64,000 nucleotides of DNA, taken from positions 33,377 to 97,376 of the forward strand of contig JAFXUC010000133.1 of NCBI GenBank assembly GCA_017535325.1, in the 5' to 3' direction. The notes beneath the pieces are model-generated. The model saw only the letters and a list, made by a program, of their open reading frames with translations, made no database searches and was not told where the DNA came from. The stretch comes from Bacteroidales bacterium. Lineage in GTDB: Bacteria > Bacteroidota > Bacteroidia > Bacteroidales > UBA3824. Made by a program: the position numbers and the translations under genes. This document shows, one piece after another, positions 37,663 to 47,772 of the stretch (positions within the stretch are counted from its first letter, which is position 1; each line of letters begins with the position of its first letter).

Positions 37663-38196
37663 ATGTCAGGAAAACGAAACGACTATATTGTCGAATACAA
37701 AGGGTTGCAAAGCGGAACATATCAGATTGATTATCAGTTGGATAAAGATTTTTTCTCGCTTTTTGAAGACCCGGAATTTCAAGACGGAAAGTTAAACGCC
37801 AAGATTAAAATGTCGGTGTTTTCTTACGGTTTGGAGTTCGTTTTTGACATTTCAGGCACTGTAAAAGCCGAGTGCGACAGGTGTTTGGAAGTCTTTGACT
37901 TGCCCATAAAGGCACATTATAATATGAAAGTCAGATTTTCAGACAAGACAACCGACCCCGAAGAGGCTGACGAAGAAATCACGCTTTCGACGGAAGAACA
38001 CGAAATAGATTTGAAGCAGCATATTTACGAGTTCGTGGTTTTGAGCGCGCCGTCAAGACGGGTTCACCCTGAGGACGGCTGCAATCCCGAAATTTTGAAG
38101 GCTATTTCGGGCGGAGATGAGGAGGAAGAAAACGCTGAGGCTGAGACAGATCCGAGATGGGACAAATTGAAAGATTTATTAAATATTAACGATTAA
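37663..38196 (+). CDS. yceD: YceD/DUF177 family protein
   Basis: 177 aa. CDRCL motif, acidic C-terminus, and the conserved position directly upstream of rpmF. Confidence 0.8.
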   Translation: MSGKRNDYIVEYKGLQSGTYQIDYQLDKDFFSLFEDPEFQDGKLNAKIKMSVFSYGLEFVFDISGTVKAECDRCLEVFDLPIKAHYNMKVRFSDKTTDPEEADEEITLSTEEHEIDLKQHIYEFVVLSAPSRRVHPEDGCNPEILKAISGGDEEEENAEAETDPRWDKLKDLLNIND

Positions 38197-38213
38197 ATAA
38201 AATTTAAAAGAAA

Positions 38214-38402
38214 ATGGCGAATCCTAGAAGTAAAATGTCTAAAACAAGAAGGGACAAAAGAAGAACACATTACAAAGCCGTTGCACCGACTTTGACAAAA
38301 TGCAGCAACTGCGGAGCAACAATTCAAATGCACTGCGTTTGCCCTGAATGCGGTTACTATCGCGGACAGCAGGCCGTTTCAATGGAAAACGTTGCCCAGT
38401 AG
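38214..38402 (+). CDS. rpmF: 50S ribosomal protein L32
   Basis: 62 aa. MANPRSKMSKTRRDKRR and a CxxC...CxxC zinc ribbon. Confidence 0.95.
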   Translation: MANPRSKMSKTRRDKRRTHYKAVAPTLTKCSNCGATIQMHCVCPECGYYRGQQAVSMENVAQ

Positions 38403-38428
38403 GCATTTAACAAAAAAACTACCCGAAA

Positions 38429-38480
38429 AGAAAACAGACGAATGAAAAACTTTTTTCATTTGTCTATTTTCTGTTTGTTT
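38429..38480 (+). terminator. Long imperfect hairpin plus U-rich tail after rpmF
   Basis: AGAAAACAGACGAATGAAAAA pairs with TTTTTTCATTTGTCTATTTTCT, followed by GTTTGTTTT. Confidence 0.55.
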
Positions 38481-38502
38481 TAACACAAAGCATTTTTATT
38501 TA

Positions 38503-39498
38503 ATGAGCAGTACCAATTCAGTTATAACCGGCTTGGGAATGTACGTTCCCGAATACCGGCTGACTAATGACGAACTTTCTACTATGGTGGATACTTCCGA
38601 CGAGTGGATTACTACCCGTATCGGTATCAAGGAACGCCGTATTATGAAGGATAAAGACAAAGCGTCTGCCTATATGGGTGCGCAGGCTGTCAAACAACTA
38701 TTGGAAAAAACCGGCACAAAACCCGAAGAAATAGATTTGGTTATCTGTGCGACGGTCGCCCCCGACTATATTTTCCCCGCAACAGGCATCATCATCGCCG
38801 ACATGGCGGGCTTGAAAAACGCATACGCTTTTGACGTTCATGCCGCCTGCTCAGGATTTTTGTACGCGATGACTGTCGCTGACAAATTTATTAAAGCCGG
38901 TAAAGAGAAAAAAATTATCGTTGTAGGGGCTGAAAAAATGTCGTCAATAGTTGATTATACCGACAGAAAAACCTGTCCTATTTTCGGCGACGGCGCATCG
39001 GCGGTTCTCGTGGAGCCGACCGAAGAAAAAATCGGCGTTATGGATTACATTCTGCGCTCCGACGGCGTGGGTGTCAAGTATCTGAGAATGAACGCCGGAG
39101 GCTCGCTTAACCCCGCAACCGAAGAAACGGTAAGAAACCGCGAACACTTTATTTATCAGGAAGGTCAGCCGGTTTTCAAATACGCCGTTACGCACATGGC
39201 GGACGTTTCCGCCGAAATCATGGAAAGAAACAACCTCACCGCCGACGACATCGCATGGCTTGTGCCGCATCAGGCAAACCTGAGAATCATAGACGCAACA
39301 GCACGCCGAATGGAACTCGACCCCTCAAAGGTTATGATTAACATTCAGAAATACGGCAACACGACTGCCGCTACGATTCCGCTTTGTCTCTGCGAATGGG
39401 AAAAACAACTTCACAAGGGCGACAACCTTATTCTCGCCGCTTTCGGAGCGGGATTTACATGGGGTTCGATTTGGCTTAAATGGGGCTATAATAGTTAA
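38503..39498 (+). CDS. fabH: 3-oxoacyl-ACP synthase III
   Basis: 331 aa. Active-site AACSGF plus HQAN and GNTTAA motifs. Confidence 0.9.
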   Translation: MSSTNSVITGLGMYVPEYRLTNDELSTMVDTSDEWITTRIGIKERRIMKDKDKASAYMGAQAVKQLLEKTGTKPEEIDLVICATVAPDYIFPATGIIIADMAGLKNAYAFDVHAACSGFLYAMTVADKFIKAGKEKKIIVVGAEKMSSIVDYTDRKTCPIFGDGASAVLVEPTEEKIGVMDYILRSDGVGVKYLRMNAGGSLNPATEETVRNREHFIYQEGQPVFKYAVTHMADVSAEIMERNNLTADDIAWLVPHQANLRIIDATARRMELDPSKVMINIQKYGNTTAATIPLCLCEWEKQLHKGDNLILAAFGAGFTWGSIWLKWGYNS

Positions 39499-39522
39499 GA
39501 ATTAAAAAAACTTCAAAAAAAT

Positions 39523-40029
39523 ATGGTAAATTTAAAAGAAGTACAGGATTTTATCAGGACGGTTTCAAAAATCGGTCTCTCGGAGGTTGATATTCAAACC
39601 GACGAGTTAAAACTTAATATAAAATTCCCCGCAGGCGAAACGCAGGCGGTAAAGGAAAATTTCCAGATTCCGCAGTTTCAGATGCCGATGCTTTCGGGAA
39701 TGTCGCAGCAGATGGGGCAGCCCGTTCAGGCTGCCGCTACCACGACCACTCCTATTGAATACCGTCAGGAGACAAAAGAGGACGACAAAAAACTTTTGAC
39801 GATAAAATCTCCCATGGTGGGAACGTTTTACCGCCGTCCTTCGCCGGACAAACCGATTTACGTAAACGTCGGCGACGAGGTGACAAAAGGCAAAGTGCTT
39901 TGCGTTATCGAGGCGATGAAACTTTTCAACGAAATCGAGTCGGAGGTTTCGGGCAAAATTGCCAAAATTCTTGTTGAAGACGGCTCGCCCGTTGAGTTTG
40001 ACCAACCGTTATTCCTCGTTGAACCGTAA
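39523..40029 (+). CDS. accB: Biotin carboxyl carrier protein
   Basis: Biotinylation motif CVIEAMKLFNEIE. Confidence 0.9.
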   Translation: MVNLKEVQDFIRTVSKIGLSEVDIQTDELKLNIKFPAGETQAVKENFQIPQFQMPMLSGMSQQMGQPVQAAATTTTPIEYRQETKEDDKKLLTIKSPMVGTFYRRPSPDKPIYVNVGDEVTKGKVLCVIEAMKLFNEIESEVSGKIAKILVEDGSPVEFDQPLFLVEP

Positions 40030-40042
40030 TTTTTAAGTTGTT

Positions 40043-41398
40043 ATGTACAAAAAAATTAACAAGGTTCTTATCGCTAACAGAGGCGAAATCGCGCTGAGAA
40101 TTATCCGCACGTGTCAGGAAATGGGCATTAAAACGGTTGCGGTGTATTCTACTGCCGACAAGGAGTCTTTGCACGTAAGATTTGCTGACGAGGCGGTCTG
40201 CATAGGACCTGCGCCGTCAGCACAGTCATATTTGAACATTCCTGCGATAATTTCCGTTGCCGAACTTACAAACGCCGACGCAATCCATCCGGGTTACGGC
40301 TTTTTGTCGGAAAACGCCAAGTTTGCGCGTATATGCAAGGAGCATGACATCAAATTTATCGGACCTACCGAAGAGCACATCAACAAAATGGGCGACAAAG
40401 CAACCGCCCGTCAGACGATGATTGCTAACGGCGTACCCGTTACACCCGGTACAGAAGGTATTTTGAAGACCATTGAAGACGGCAAGCGCGAGGCAAAGCG
40501 TATCGGCTATCCCGTTATGCTGAAAGCAACGGCAGGCGGCGGCGGAAAAGGCATGAGAATTATCCGCAAGGAAGAGGATTTTGAAACTCTTTGGGCTCAG
40601 GCAAAGCAGGAAGCGGCGTTTTTTGCAAACGACGACGTTTACCTCGAAAAATATATCGAAGAACCCAGACATATAGAAATTCAGATTGCCGGCGACCAGT
40701 ACGGAAACGTCTGCCACCTTTCGGAGCGCGACTGCTCTATTCAACGCCGTCATCAGAAACTTTTGGAAGAGACTCCGTCGCCTTTTATGACCGAAGAGTT
40801 GCGTCACAAAATGGGCGAGGCGGCTTGCAAAGCGGCAAAAGCGATTCAGTACGAAGGCGTGGGAACGGTGGAATTTTTGGTGGACGCCCACAGAAATTTC
40901 TATTTTATGGAGATGAACACCAGAATCCAGGTTGAACACGGTATCACAGAGGAAGTTACAAATTTGGATTTGGTAAAAGAGCAGATTCTTATCGCCGAGG
41001 GACATAAAATCAACCAAAGAAATTATTATCCTCAGGCTCACGCTATTGAGTGCAGAATCAACGCCGAAGATCCGTTCAATAATTTCCGTCCTTGTCCGGG
41101 TCAGATTACGGGACTTCATCTTCCCGGAGGAAATGGCATAAGAGTTGATACGCATATTTATACGGGATACAAAATTCCGTCGAGTTACGATTCGATGATT
41201 GTAAAACTTGTCGCCGTGGCTCAAACCCGTCAGGAGGCAATTGACAAAATGAAACGCGCCCTTAACGAGTTGGTTATCGAAGGAGTCAAGACTACCGCGC
41301 CGTTTCACCAGCAGTTGATGAATGACGAAAGATTCCGTGAAGGAAACTACACGACAAAATTCATGGAAGATTTTCAGATTAAGGACACTACTAATTAA
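40043..41398 (+). CDS. accC: Biotin carboxylase
   Basis: 451 aa. [16 protein letters not shown], an ATP-grasp domain, and [10 protein letters not shown]. Confidence 0.95.
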   Translation: MYKKINKVLIANRGEIALRIIRTCQEMGIKTVAVYSTADKESLHVRFADEAVCIGPAPSAQSYLNIPAIISVAELTNADAIHPGYGFLSENAKFARICKEHDIKFIGPTEEHINKMGDKATARQTMIANGVPVTPGTEGILKTIEDGKREAKRIGYPVMLKATAGGGGKGMRIIRKEEDFETLWAQAKQEAAFFANDDVYLEKYIEEPRHIEIQIAGDQYGNVCHLSERDCSIQRRHQKLLEETPSPFMTEELRHKMGEAACKAAKAIQYEGVGTVEFLVDAHRNFYFMEMNTRIQVEHGITEEVTNLDLVKEQILIAEGHKINQRNYYPQAHAIECRINAEDPFNNFRPCPGQITGLHLPGGNGIRVDTHIYTGYKIPSSYDSMIVKLVAVAQTRQEAIDKMKRALNELVIEGVKTTAPFHQQLMNDERFREGNYTTKFMEDFQIKDTTN

Positions 41399-41404
41399 AA
41401 AATC

Positions 41405-41767
41405 ATGGGAAAAGTTGTAGCAGACGAGACAAAAATCAGCACGATAGCATACGGTGCTGAAATCACAGGAGAAATTACCGCAAACGGAAATTTCAGGGTT
41501 GAAGGCAAGATTAAAGGAAATATTACTATTTCCGGTAAACTGGTCGTTGACGATTCCGGAGTTATTGAAGGCAATGTTACTTGTAAAAGTTCTTTGATTT
41601 CCGGCAAGGTGGACGGTCAAATCGTTGTGGAGGATTTGCTGGAATTAAAGCATACGGCAGTTTTTCATGGTGATATTGTCGCCTCAAAACTTTCTATTGA
41701 AGAAGGTGCAGTTTTTTCCGGAACTTGCAACATGGATTCAAAAGAACTGCCCGAACAAGCAAATTAA
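41405..41767 (+). CDS. Bactofilin (polymer-forming cytoskeletal protein)
   Basis: 120 aa of repetitive beta-helix pattern (G.I.G.V....G.V.G). Confidence 0.8.
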   Translation: MGKVVADETKISTIAYGAEITGEITANGNFRVEGKIKGNITISGKLVVDDSGVIEGNVTCKSSLISGKVDGQIVVEDLLELKHTAVFHGDIVASKLSIEEGAVFSGTCNMDSKELPEQAN

Positions 41768-41768
41768 T

Positions 41769-41981
41769 ATGTCCGAAAATAAGGATAAAGAACGTTTGCG
41801 TGTAATTGCAAAGTACACATCAGCCGCTTTTGAAATGGCGGCTGTTATTGTTTTAGGGGCGTTGGGCGGACGGTGGTTAGATAACGAATATCTTACTTCG
41901 CCCGTTTGGACGCTTGTTTTGACTGTTGTCTCCGTTGCTCTCGGACTTTATCTGTTTATAAAAGATATAATAAAAAAATAA
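41769..41981 (+). CDS. AtpZ/AtpI-like small membrane protein
   Basis: 70 aa. AAFEMAAVIVLGALGGRWLD plus a second TM helix. The ATG at 41769 is preferred over the overlapping upstream extension. Confidence 0.5.
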   Translation: MSENKDKERLRVIAKYTSAAFEMAAVIVLGALGGRWLDNEYLTSPVWTLVLTVVSVALGLYLFIKDIIKK

Positions 41982-41984
41982 GAA

Positions 41985-42347
41985 ATGCCGTATTTGAAGC
42001 AATATATCATTTTAACGTCGGTTTTAACGATTCTCTCGGCGGTGGTTTTCAATGTTTTTTTGCCTGAAAAACTGACATTTGCGGTTTATCTTGTGCCGGC
42101 GGTTTTTGCGGCGGTGAGCCTTACGGTTATGAAGATAATGAAGAATCCGAAATTCGGCGCACTGACCAAATTTTCAAACGCTTTTATGCTGACAAATATG
42201 GCAAAACTGTTCGTGTATTTAATCGTTTTTCTCTCGCTTTATTTTTTGTCGGGCAAAAACACTGCGTTTGCGGTGTACTTTTTAGCGGTCTACGCAGTGT
42301 TTGCGGTAGCGGATACGGCTGTTTTGTTGAAGATTTTTAAGGAATAA
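41985..42347 (+). CDS. Four-TM membrane protein, unknown function
   Basis: 120 aa, hydrophobic throughout. Confidence 0.5.
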   Translation: MPYLKQYIILTSVLTILSAVVFNVFLPEKLTFAVYLVPAVFAAVSLTVMKIMKNPKFGALTKFSNAFMLTNMAKLFVYLIVFLSLYFLSGKNTAFAVYFLAVYAVFAVADTAVLLKIFKE

Positions 42348-42350
42348 GCC

Positions 42351-43523
42351 TTATTTCAATCTCCTTGCCGTGCTGTCTTTTGTTAATTTAAATTCTTGAA
42401 AATCAATATTTTCAATCAATACTATTCCCGGTGTTTTGCCTTTTGACAAAGTGCCGAACTCTGATTCTAAACCTAAGGCTTTGGCTCCGTTTTTTGTTGC
42501 AAATTTTATAATGTCTGTAAGCGGTATTTGCGGAAAATTTTCCGAAAAAACTTTCAGTTCGTCAATCATTGAAAGAGAGTTGTTTGATGATAAACTGTCA
42601 GTTCCGATACATACAGGCAAATCGCGTGAAATCAACTTGTTAACGTCAATCATTTTTTTTTCCAACATCAGATTGGATTTCGGACAAACAACAAAATACG
42701 GCTCTTTATAATTTCTTTTCGCAAAGTCCAAATCTTCATCAGAGGAATAGATGTTGTGAACAAAAATTACTCTTTGGTAATCTGATTGATTTATAGACTG
42801 CAACGATGTTTTACATGTTGCGGGAATTGAAGACAAATCAAGCGGAAATCTTTCAACAAAACCGCCGCTGTGATTTTTGTACAGAAGGTTTTCGTCAAAA
42901 CTCTCCTGATTGTGGATTGAAATCATTTTTTTATTTTCCCCGTTGAGCAAATCAATCGTCTTAAAAAGTTCGGGGCAGACGGAATACGGCGCGTGTGCGC
43001 AGGCAATGATTTCGTCAGCGTTTTGGTTTGCCGACAAAAAAAATTCACGGACGGTTTTGTACTGCTCAATGTCGTTTTTGCAACGTTCGGAAGTAGTGCC
43101 GATTAACTCAACAAAATTTATGTAGCGTATTTTGCTGTGTTTCTTTACATTTGCGGTGTCAGAAGTGTTGGAAATGTCGCCGACAACCGATACGCCGGTC
43201 TCGTACATGTATTTGTCCCAGCCGGAAGTAAGATTTTCGTTATAAACGCTATCAGAGAGTTGAAACATCTGCAACAAAAAGTCCAACAGAGAATTTGCGT
43301 TTTTAACTTTGTCTTTCAAATGACAGAGTTCGAGATGACAGTGCGCGTTTACAAAGCCCGGAATTATGATGCCGTTGTGAAATTCGGTAAAAGGAGTTTC
43401 TTGGGTAAGTGTCTTTATTTCAGTGATTTCGCCGGTGGTTTCGTTGACTGTTACCGCACCGTTTTTTATCGGGTTGCCCTCGTTTGTAAAAACGTACTGC
43501 GCCGCAAATGTTTTTGTGTTCAT
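42351..43523 (-). CDS. Amidohydrolase-superfamily protein (chlorohydrolase/deaminase-like)
   Basis: 390 aa. Metal-binding GFVNAHCHLE near the N-terminus, plus later H and D motifs. Confidence 0.75.
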   Translation of the reverse strand: MNTKTFAAQYVFTNEGNPIKNGAVTVNETTGEITEIKTLTQETPFTEFHNGIIIPGFVNAHCHLELCHLKDKVKNANSLLDFLLQMFQLSDSVYNENLTSGWDKYMYETGVSVVGDISNTSDTANVKKHSKIRYINFVELIGTTSERCKNDIEQYKTVREFFLSANQNADEIIACAHAPYSVCPELFKTIDLLNGENKKMISIHNQESFDENLLYKNHSGGFVERFPLDLSSIPATCKTSLQSINQSDYQRVIFVHNIYSSDEDLDFAKRNYKEPYFVVCPKSNLMLEKKMIDVNKLISRDLPVCIGTDSLSSNNSLSMIDELKVFSENFPQIPLTDIIKFATKNGAKALGLESEFGTLSKGKTPGIVLIENIDFQEFKLTKDSTARRLK

Positions 43524-43634
43524 TCTCTCTTGTTTTTAATTTCAGGCTGCAAAATTAAAAAAAATCCCGTATGCGGCGAAAAATTCAAAAAAAATTACTA
43601 ACTTGCGCCGTAATTTTAAAAGAAAAAAACTCAG

Positions 43635-44933
43635 ATGAAAACACCTTTAAATATTGCTGTTTTAGGTTGCGGAACGGTCGGCGGCGGTGTCGCTCAAATA
43701 CTTACGCAACAAAAAGAACTTCTCTCAAAACGCGCCGGCAGAGAAATCAATCTTAAATTTGTTGCCGAACTCAATCCTGAGGCGGCTATGAAAAGATTTT
43801 CGTTGGACGAAAAATTTTTCTATAAAAACGGACAAAAAGTTACCATAGACGAAATTCTCGCCGACAAAGATATTGATGTTGTTGTTGAGACTATGGGCGG
43901 TAAAAGCGATTTTGTTCATAATACTTGCCTTAACGTCTTGAAAAACGGTAAACATCTTGTTACCGCAAACAAGGCACTTTTGGCCGAGCGCGGAAGGGAT
44001 ATTTTTTTGGAGGCTGAAACAAGAAAACTTCAACTCGGTTTTGAAGCGGCTGTTTGTGGCGCAATTCCAATTATAAAAGGCATTAAAGAATGTTTTACGG
44101 GCGATATTATTGAGAGTGTCAGCGGTATTATGAACGGTACTTCAAACTACATTTTAACGCAGATGCAACTTCAAAATCTCGGTTTTGCAGAAGCATTAAA
44201 ACTCGCTCAACAAAACGGTTATGCCGAAGCAGACCCTTCGCTTGACATCAACGGCGGCGACGCTTCTCACAAACTTATTCTGCTTATAAAACTCGCTTAC
44301 GGTCTTAAACTTTCAATGGATGAACTCTCTGTTGTCGGTATTGAAGATATTAATCAAAACGATATGGATTTTGCCAAAGAAATCAACGCTTCTATAAAAC
44401 TTATTTGTTTGGCAAAACTCAAAGACGGTAAAGTTTATGCAACCGTTCGTCCGATGGCTGTTAAAAACGACAATATTTTATCAAGTGTCAACTACGCCGT
44501 AAATGCTGTCCGTCTTGACAACAAATATTCTGACACGCATTTCTTAATCGGTAAAGGCGCGGGCAGTACGGAAACCGCGATGAGTATTGTCTCTGACATT
44601 GTTTTCATTGCAAGACACGGCGAAGTGGAAACTTACAACGAAGAAGAAAAATACACTCTCGGCGACGCAAAAGAGATTGCGTTCCCGTATTTGGTAAGTT
44701 TTAAGACGAAAAACCTTCCCGGCACAACCGGCTTGATTACAACCTGCATCGGAAGACAGGGAATCAACATTGAGACCGTGGGACACAACAGATTTTCGGG
44801 CGAGACGGCTGACTTTTCTATTGAGACGGATGTCTGCTGCCTGAAATCAATTGAAAAGGCTATTGAGGACATCAAGAAGGAAAACAAAGACTTGTTGTTG
44901 CAAGAGCCGAAAATTCTGCCGATACTTTACTAA
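43635..44933 (+). CDS. hom: Homoserine dehydrogenase with C-terminal ACT-like domain
   Basis: 432 aa. NAD-binding VLGCGTVGGGV and the catalytic domain NGTSNYILT. Confidence 0.85.
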   Translation: MKTPLNIAVLGCGTVGGGVAQILTQQKELLSKRAGREINLKFVAELNPEAAMKRFSLDEKFFYKNGQKVTIDEILADKDIDVVVETMGGKSDFVHNTCLNVLKNGKHLVTANKALLAERGRDIFLEAETRKLQLGFEAAVCGAIPIIKGIKECFTGDIIESVSGIMNGTSNYILTQMQLQNLGFAEALKLAQQNGYAEADPSLDINGGDASHKLILLIKLAYGLKLSMDELSVVGIEDINQNDMDFAKEINASIKLICLAKLKDGKVYATVRPMAVKNDNILSSVNYAVNAVRLDNKYSDTHFLIGKGAGSTETAMSIVSDIVFIARHGEVETYNEEEKYTLGDAKEIAFPYLVSFKTKNLPGTTGLITTCIGRQGINIETVGHNRFSGETADFSIETDVCCLKSIEKAIEDIKKENKDLLLQEPKILPILY

Positions 44934-44946
44934 AAAACGACACGAT

Positions 44947-45456
44947 ATGAATCAGTATTTTTATTATGAGGGCAACACTCAGCAAGGTCCCGTCAGTTTG
45001 GAGGTTCTGGTAACAAAAATCACTCCCGAAACCGACGTTTGGACGCAGGGCATGACCGACTGGGCAAAGGCAAAAGACGTTCCGGAGGTTTCAGCCGCTT
45101 TGTCAAAAACGACAGGCTCTGCCGCAGAGCCGCCTCGTCAGGAGGCACCCGTTATCACCGTGCAGACGCAAAATTCGGGAAGAAGTGCTTATGACTCGCC
45201 CGATTTTCAGAATCTGTTGATCTGGGCAATAGTTTCGACGTTTTTATGCTGTAACATTACCGGCGTTGTCGGAATCGTTATGGACTTAAAAGCCGAGATT
45301 GAATGGGTGAAAGGCAATAAAGAGAAGGCATGGGACAAATACAAGACTGCAAAAATGTGGATTATTATCGGCGCGGCGGCGATGGTAGTTTTCTATATTT
45401 TGTACTTTGCCGTTTTGCAAAGCGTGTTTGTCAATAATTTCCCTGAGTTCAGATGA
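44947..45456 (+). CDS. GYF_2 (DUF4339) + CD225/dispanin-family membrane protein
   Basis: N-terminus YFYYEGNTQQGPVS...VWTQGMTDWAKAKDVPE. The C-terminal CCNITGVVGIV...A..W is typical of CD225. The ATG at 44947 is preferred. Confidence 0.6.
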   Translation: MNQYFYYEGNTQQGPVSLEVLVTKITPETDVWTQGMTDWAKAKDVPEVSAALSKTTGSAAEPPRQEAPVITVQTQNSGRSAYDSPDFQNLLIWAIVSTFLCCNITGVVGIVMDLKAEIEWVKGNKEKAWDKYKTAKMWIIIGAAAMVVFYILYFAVLQSVFVNNFPEFR

Positions 45457-45815
45457 AATTAAAACATACAGTTATTATAATTTCAGGACTGTTGGCAGTT
45501 GTTCTGACTGTCATAGTCCTGAAATTTTATTATCAGAACGACCCGTTGGAGACCGCTCAGATGCCCAAATGCACTTTTTATGTTTTAACGGGCTGGCAAT
45601 GTCCGGGCTGCGGCGGTCAGAGGGCGTTGCATTATCTTTTGAAAGGCGAGATTTGGGAATCTTTTAAACAGAATCCGCTTTTGTATTTTGCTGTCGTGTA
45701 TATCGCGGCGGTTTTGGCTTTCGGAAAAAAGTTGAAGTTTTTGACCGGGGTTAAAGCGTGTGTTTTTTGGCTCGTCGCAATTATTGCGTTTTGGATTTTG
45801 AGGAATGTATTTTGA
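45453..45815 (+). CDS. DUF2752 family membrane protein
   Basis: 120 aa with the CPGCGGQRA motif. Its ATGA start overlaps the upstream stop. Confidence 0.7.
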   Translation: MKLKHTVIIISGLLAVVLTVIVLKFYYQNDPLETAQMPKCTFYVLTGWQCPGCGGQRALHYLLKGEIWESFKQNPLLYFAVVYIAAVLAFGKKLKFLTGVKACVFWLVAIIAFWILRNVF

Positions 45816-45838
45816 AAACAAGTTTTTTTTATTTGTTT

Positions 45839-45984
45839 ATTTCGCCAAAACCGTATAAAAAACACAGTTTTGGCGAAATAAGATTTTTTTATTTCGCCAA
45901 AACTGTATAAAAAAACACTGTTTTGGCGGAATAAGATTTTTTTATTTCGCCAAAACTATATAAAAAAGTACTGTTTTGGCGAAA
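45839..45984. repeat. Three tandem copies (period 52-53 bp) of a ~41-nt palindromic element
   Basis: ATTTCGCCAAAAC-n-GTATAAAAAA-n-AC-n-GTTTTGGCGRAAT at 45839-45879, 45891-45932 and 45944-45984. The first two copies are followed by AAGATTTTTTT, the third by ATTTTTT. Confidence 0.9.
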
Positions 45985-45992
45985 TATTTTTT

Positions 45993-46985
45993 ATGTCGCA
46001 AAAAGAATACGGCAAGACGAAATCAAAAAAAATTTGCGAAAAAACAAAAAACTCCTTAACTTTACCGCCTGAAAATTACTCGAAAATGAAAATGGAAAAT
46101 AATGAAAATCAGCAGTTGAAAAACAGCGGTTATTTTAAGCGGAAACTGATAATGGCGTACGGGACAAGTACGCTTTGTATTTCGCTTGTTTTGTATATGG
46201 CGGGGCTGTTTTTGATGTTGCTTTTTAACACGCAGCACATTACCGACATGTTCCGTTCAAATATCAAAATGACAATAACCCTCAACGACAAACGCTCTTT
46301 GGCGGAAACGGAAGGTTTCAGAAAAACTCTTGACGCAATGGATTTTGTCCGCGAAACCAAGTACATCTCAAAAGACGCGGCGGCGGAAGAACTCAAAAAA
46401 GAACTCGGCGAGGATTTTTGCGAGATTCTTGACGGCAAAAACCCGCTTTTTTCACAAATCGAAGTCAGGCTTGCCGACGAATACACCAACATGGACAGTA
46501 TCAAGGCAGTGGAAAAACTTCTGAAAAAAAACGTTACCGTTGACGAGGTTTATTATCCGAAAGACGTTTGGAGAAACGCCACGACGGTGATTTCAAAAGT
46601 CGCTTCGATAGTCTTGGTCTTGACCCTCGTTCTGCTTATAATTACTGTCATTCTGATTAACAACACCGCCCGTCTGAAACTTTCGGGCAACAGGTTCGAC
46701 ATCAGGACGGCAAAGTTGATCGGCGCGACAAACTGGAAAATCTCGCAGCCGTACTTGAAAAACGCTTTTGTTCAGTCTTTGTTTGCGGTGTTTATTTCTG
46801 TTGTGGGTCTGACGCTGACAATCAGATTCTTGGAGAATATTTTGCAGGGCGTTTTTATGATTTCGGCTTTTTATCCGACACTGATAACGATGGCTGTCGC
46901 AGGAATTGTTATAACGCTGTTTTCAACGTTTATGACTGTAAGAAAATACCTTAACACGAAGGAAGAAGATTTATATTTATATTAG
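45993..46985 (+). CDS. ftsX: FtsX-like permease (cell-division ABC transporter permease family)
   Basis: One N-terminal TM, a periplasmic domain, and three C-terminal TM helices. RTAKLIGATNWKISQPY is typical of FtsX. The start is uncertain (alternative Met about 31 codons downstream). Confidence 0.75.
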   Translation: MSQKEYGKTKSKKICEKTKNSLTLPPENYSKMKMENNENQQLKNSGYFKRKLIMAYGTSTLCISLVLYMAGLFLMLLFNTQHITDMFRSNIKMTITLNDKRSLAETEGFRKTLDAMDFVRETKYISKDAAAEELKKELGEDFCEILDGKNPLFSQIEVRLADEYTNMDSIKAVEKLLKKNVTVDEVYYPKDVWRNATTVISKVASIVLVLTLVLLIITVILINNTARLKLSGNRFDIRTAKLIGATNWKISQPYLKNAFVQSLFAVFISVVGLTLTIRFLENILQGVFMISAFYPTLITMAVAGIVITLFSTFMTVRKYLNTKEEDLYLY

Positions 46986-47001
46986 ACAAAAGTTATAGAA
47001 T

Positions 47002-47730
47002 ATGAAATATGCATTAGTAACCGGAGGCAGCCGCGGCATAGGCCGTGCGGTTTGCGTAAAACTCGCCTCCTTAGGATACCACGTTTTAATCAATTACGTT
47101 TCCAACGAGGCAAAAGCCGTTGAAACCAAGGCTCTTACCAAAGAAGCGGGCGAAGAAGGCGAAATCATTAAGTTTGATGTCGCAAACCTCGAAGAAACCA
47201 CAGCCGCTATCGAAAAATGGCAAAACGACAACAAAGACGCTTACATTGACGTTTTGGTAAACAATGCCGGCGTTACGGCGGATTCACTTTTGCCGATGAT
47301 GGAGCCTGAGGCATGGCACAAGGTTTTAAGCACGTCTTTGGACGGATTTTTCAACGTTACGAGAACGGTCATCAAAAAGATGGTGCGCAAAAAACACGGC
47401 CGCGTTATCAACATGGCATCGGTTTCGGGCATAATCGGACTTCCCGGTCAGTGCAACTACTCGGCTGCAAAAGGCGCAATTATCGCGGCTACAAAAGCCC
47501 TTTCAAAAGAAGTCGGCGGCAAAAACATCACCGTCAACGCCGTTGCTCCGGGTTTTATCAAAACCGACATGACAGGCGCACTCAATGAGGAAGAACTTAA
47601 AAAAGGCATTGCCTTGGGACGTTTCGGCGAACCCGAAGAGGTTGCCTCGCTTGTAGCGTTTTTGGCATCTGACGAAGCCGCTTACATCACGGGTGAGGTT
47701 ATCGCTATAACCGGCGGTCTCAAAGGATAG
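47002..47730 (+). CDS. fabG: 3-oxoacyl-ACP reductase
   Basis: 242 aa. TGGSRGIG, NNAG, and YSAAK. Confidence 0.9.
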   Translation: MKYALVTGGSRGIGRAVCVKLASLGYHVLINYVSNEAKAVETKALTKEAGEEGEIIKFDVANLEETTAAIEKWQNDNKDAYIDVLVNNAGVTADSLLPMMEPEAWHKVLSTSLDGFFNVTRTVIKKMVRKKHGRVINMASVSGIIGLPGQCNYSAAKGAIIAATKALSKEVGGKNITVNAVAPGFIKTDMTGALNEEELKKGIALGRFGEPEEVASLVAFLASDEAAYITGEVIAITGGLKG

Positions 47731-47772
47731 TGTTCTTGTTTTTTTTCATATAGATTGTTATTTTATACCCGA

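Noticed and set aside
40226-41620. A 464-aa ORF on the minus strand.
   Set aside because: It lies entirely antisense to the well-supported accC (and bactofilin) genes. Its product is low-complexity with no recognisable motif. It is a typical shadow ORF of a strongly codon-biased gene.
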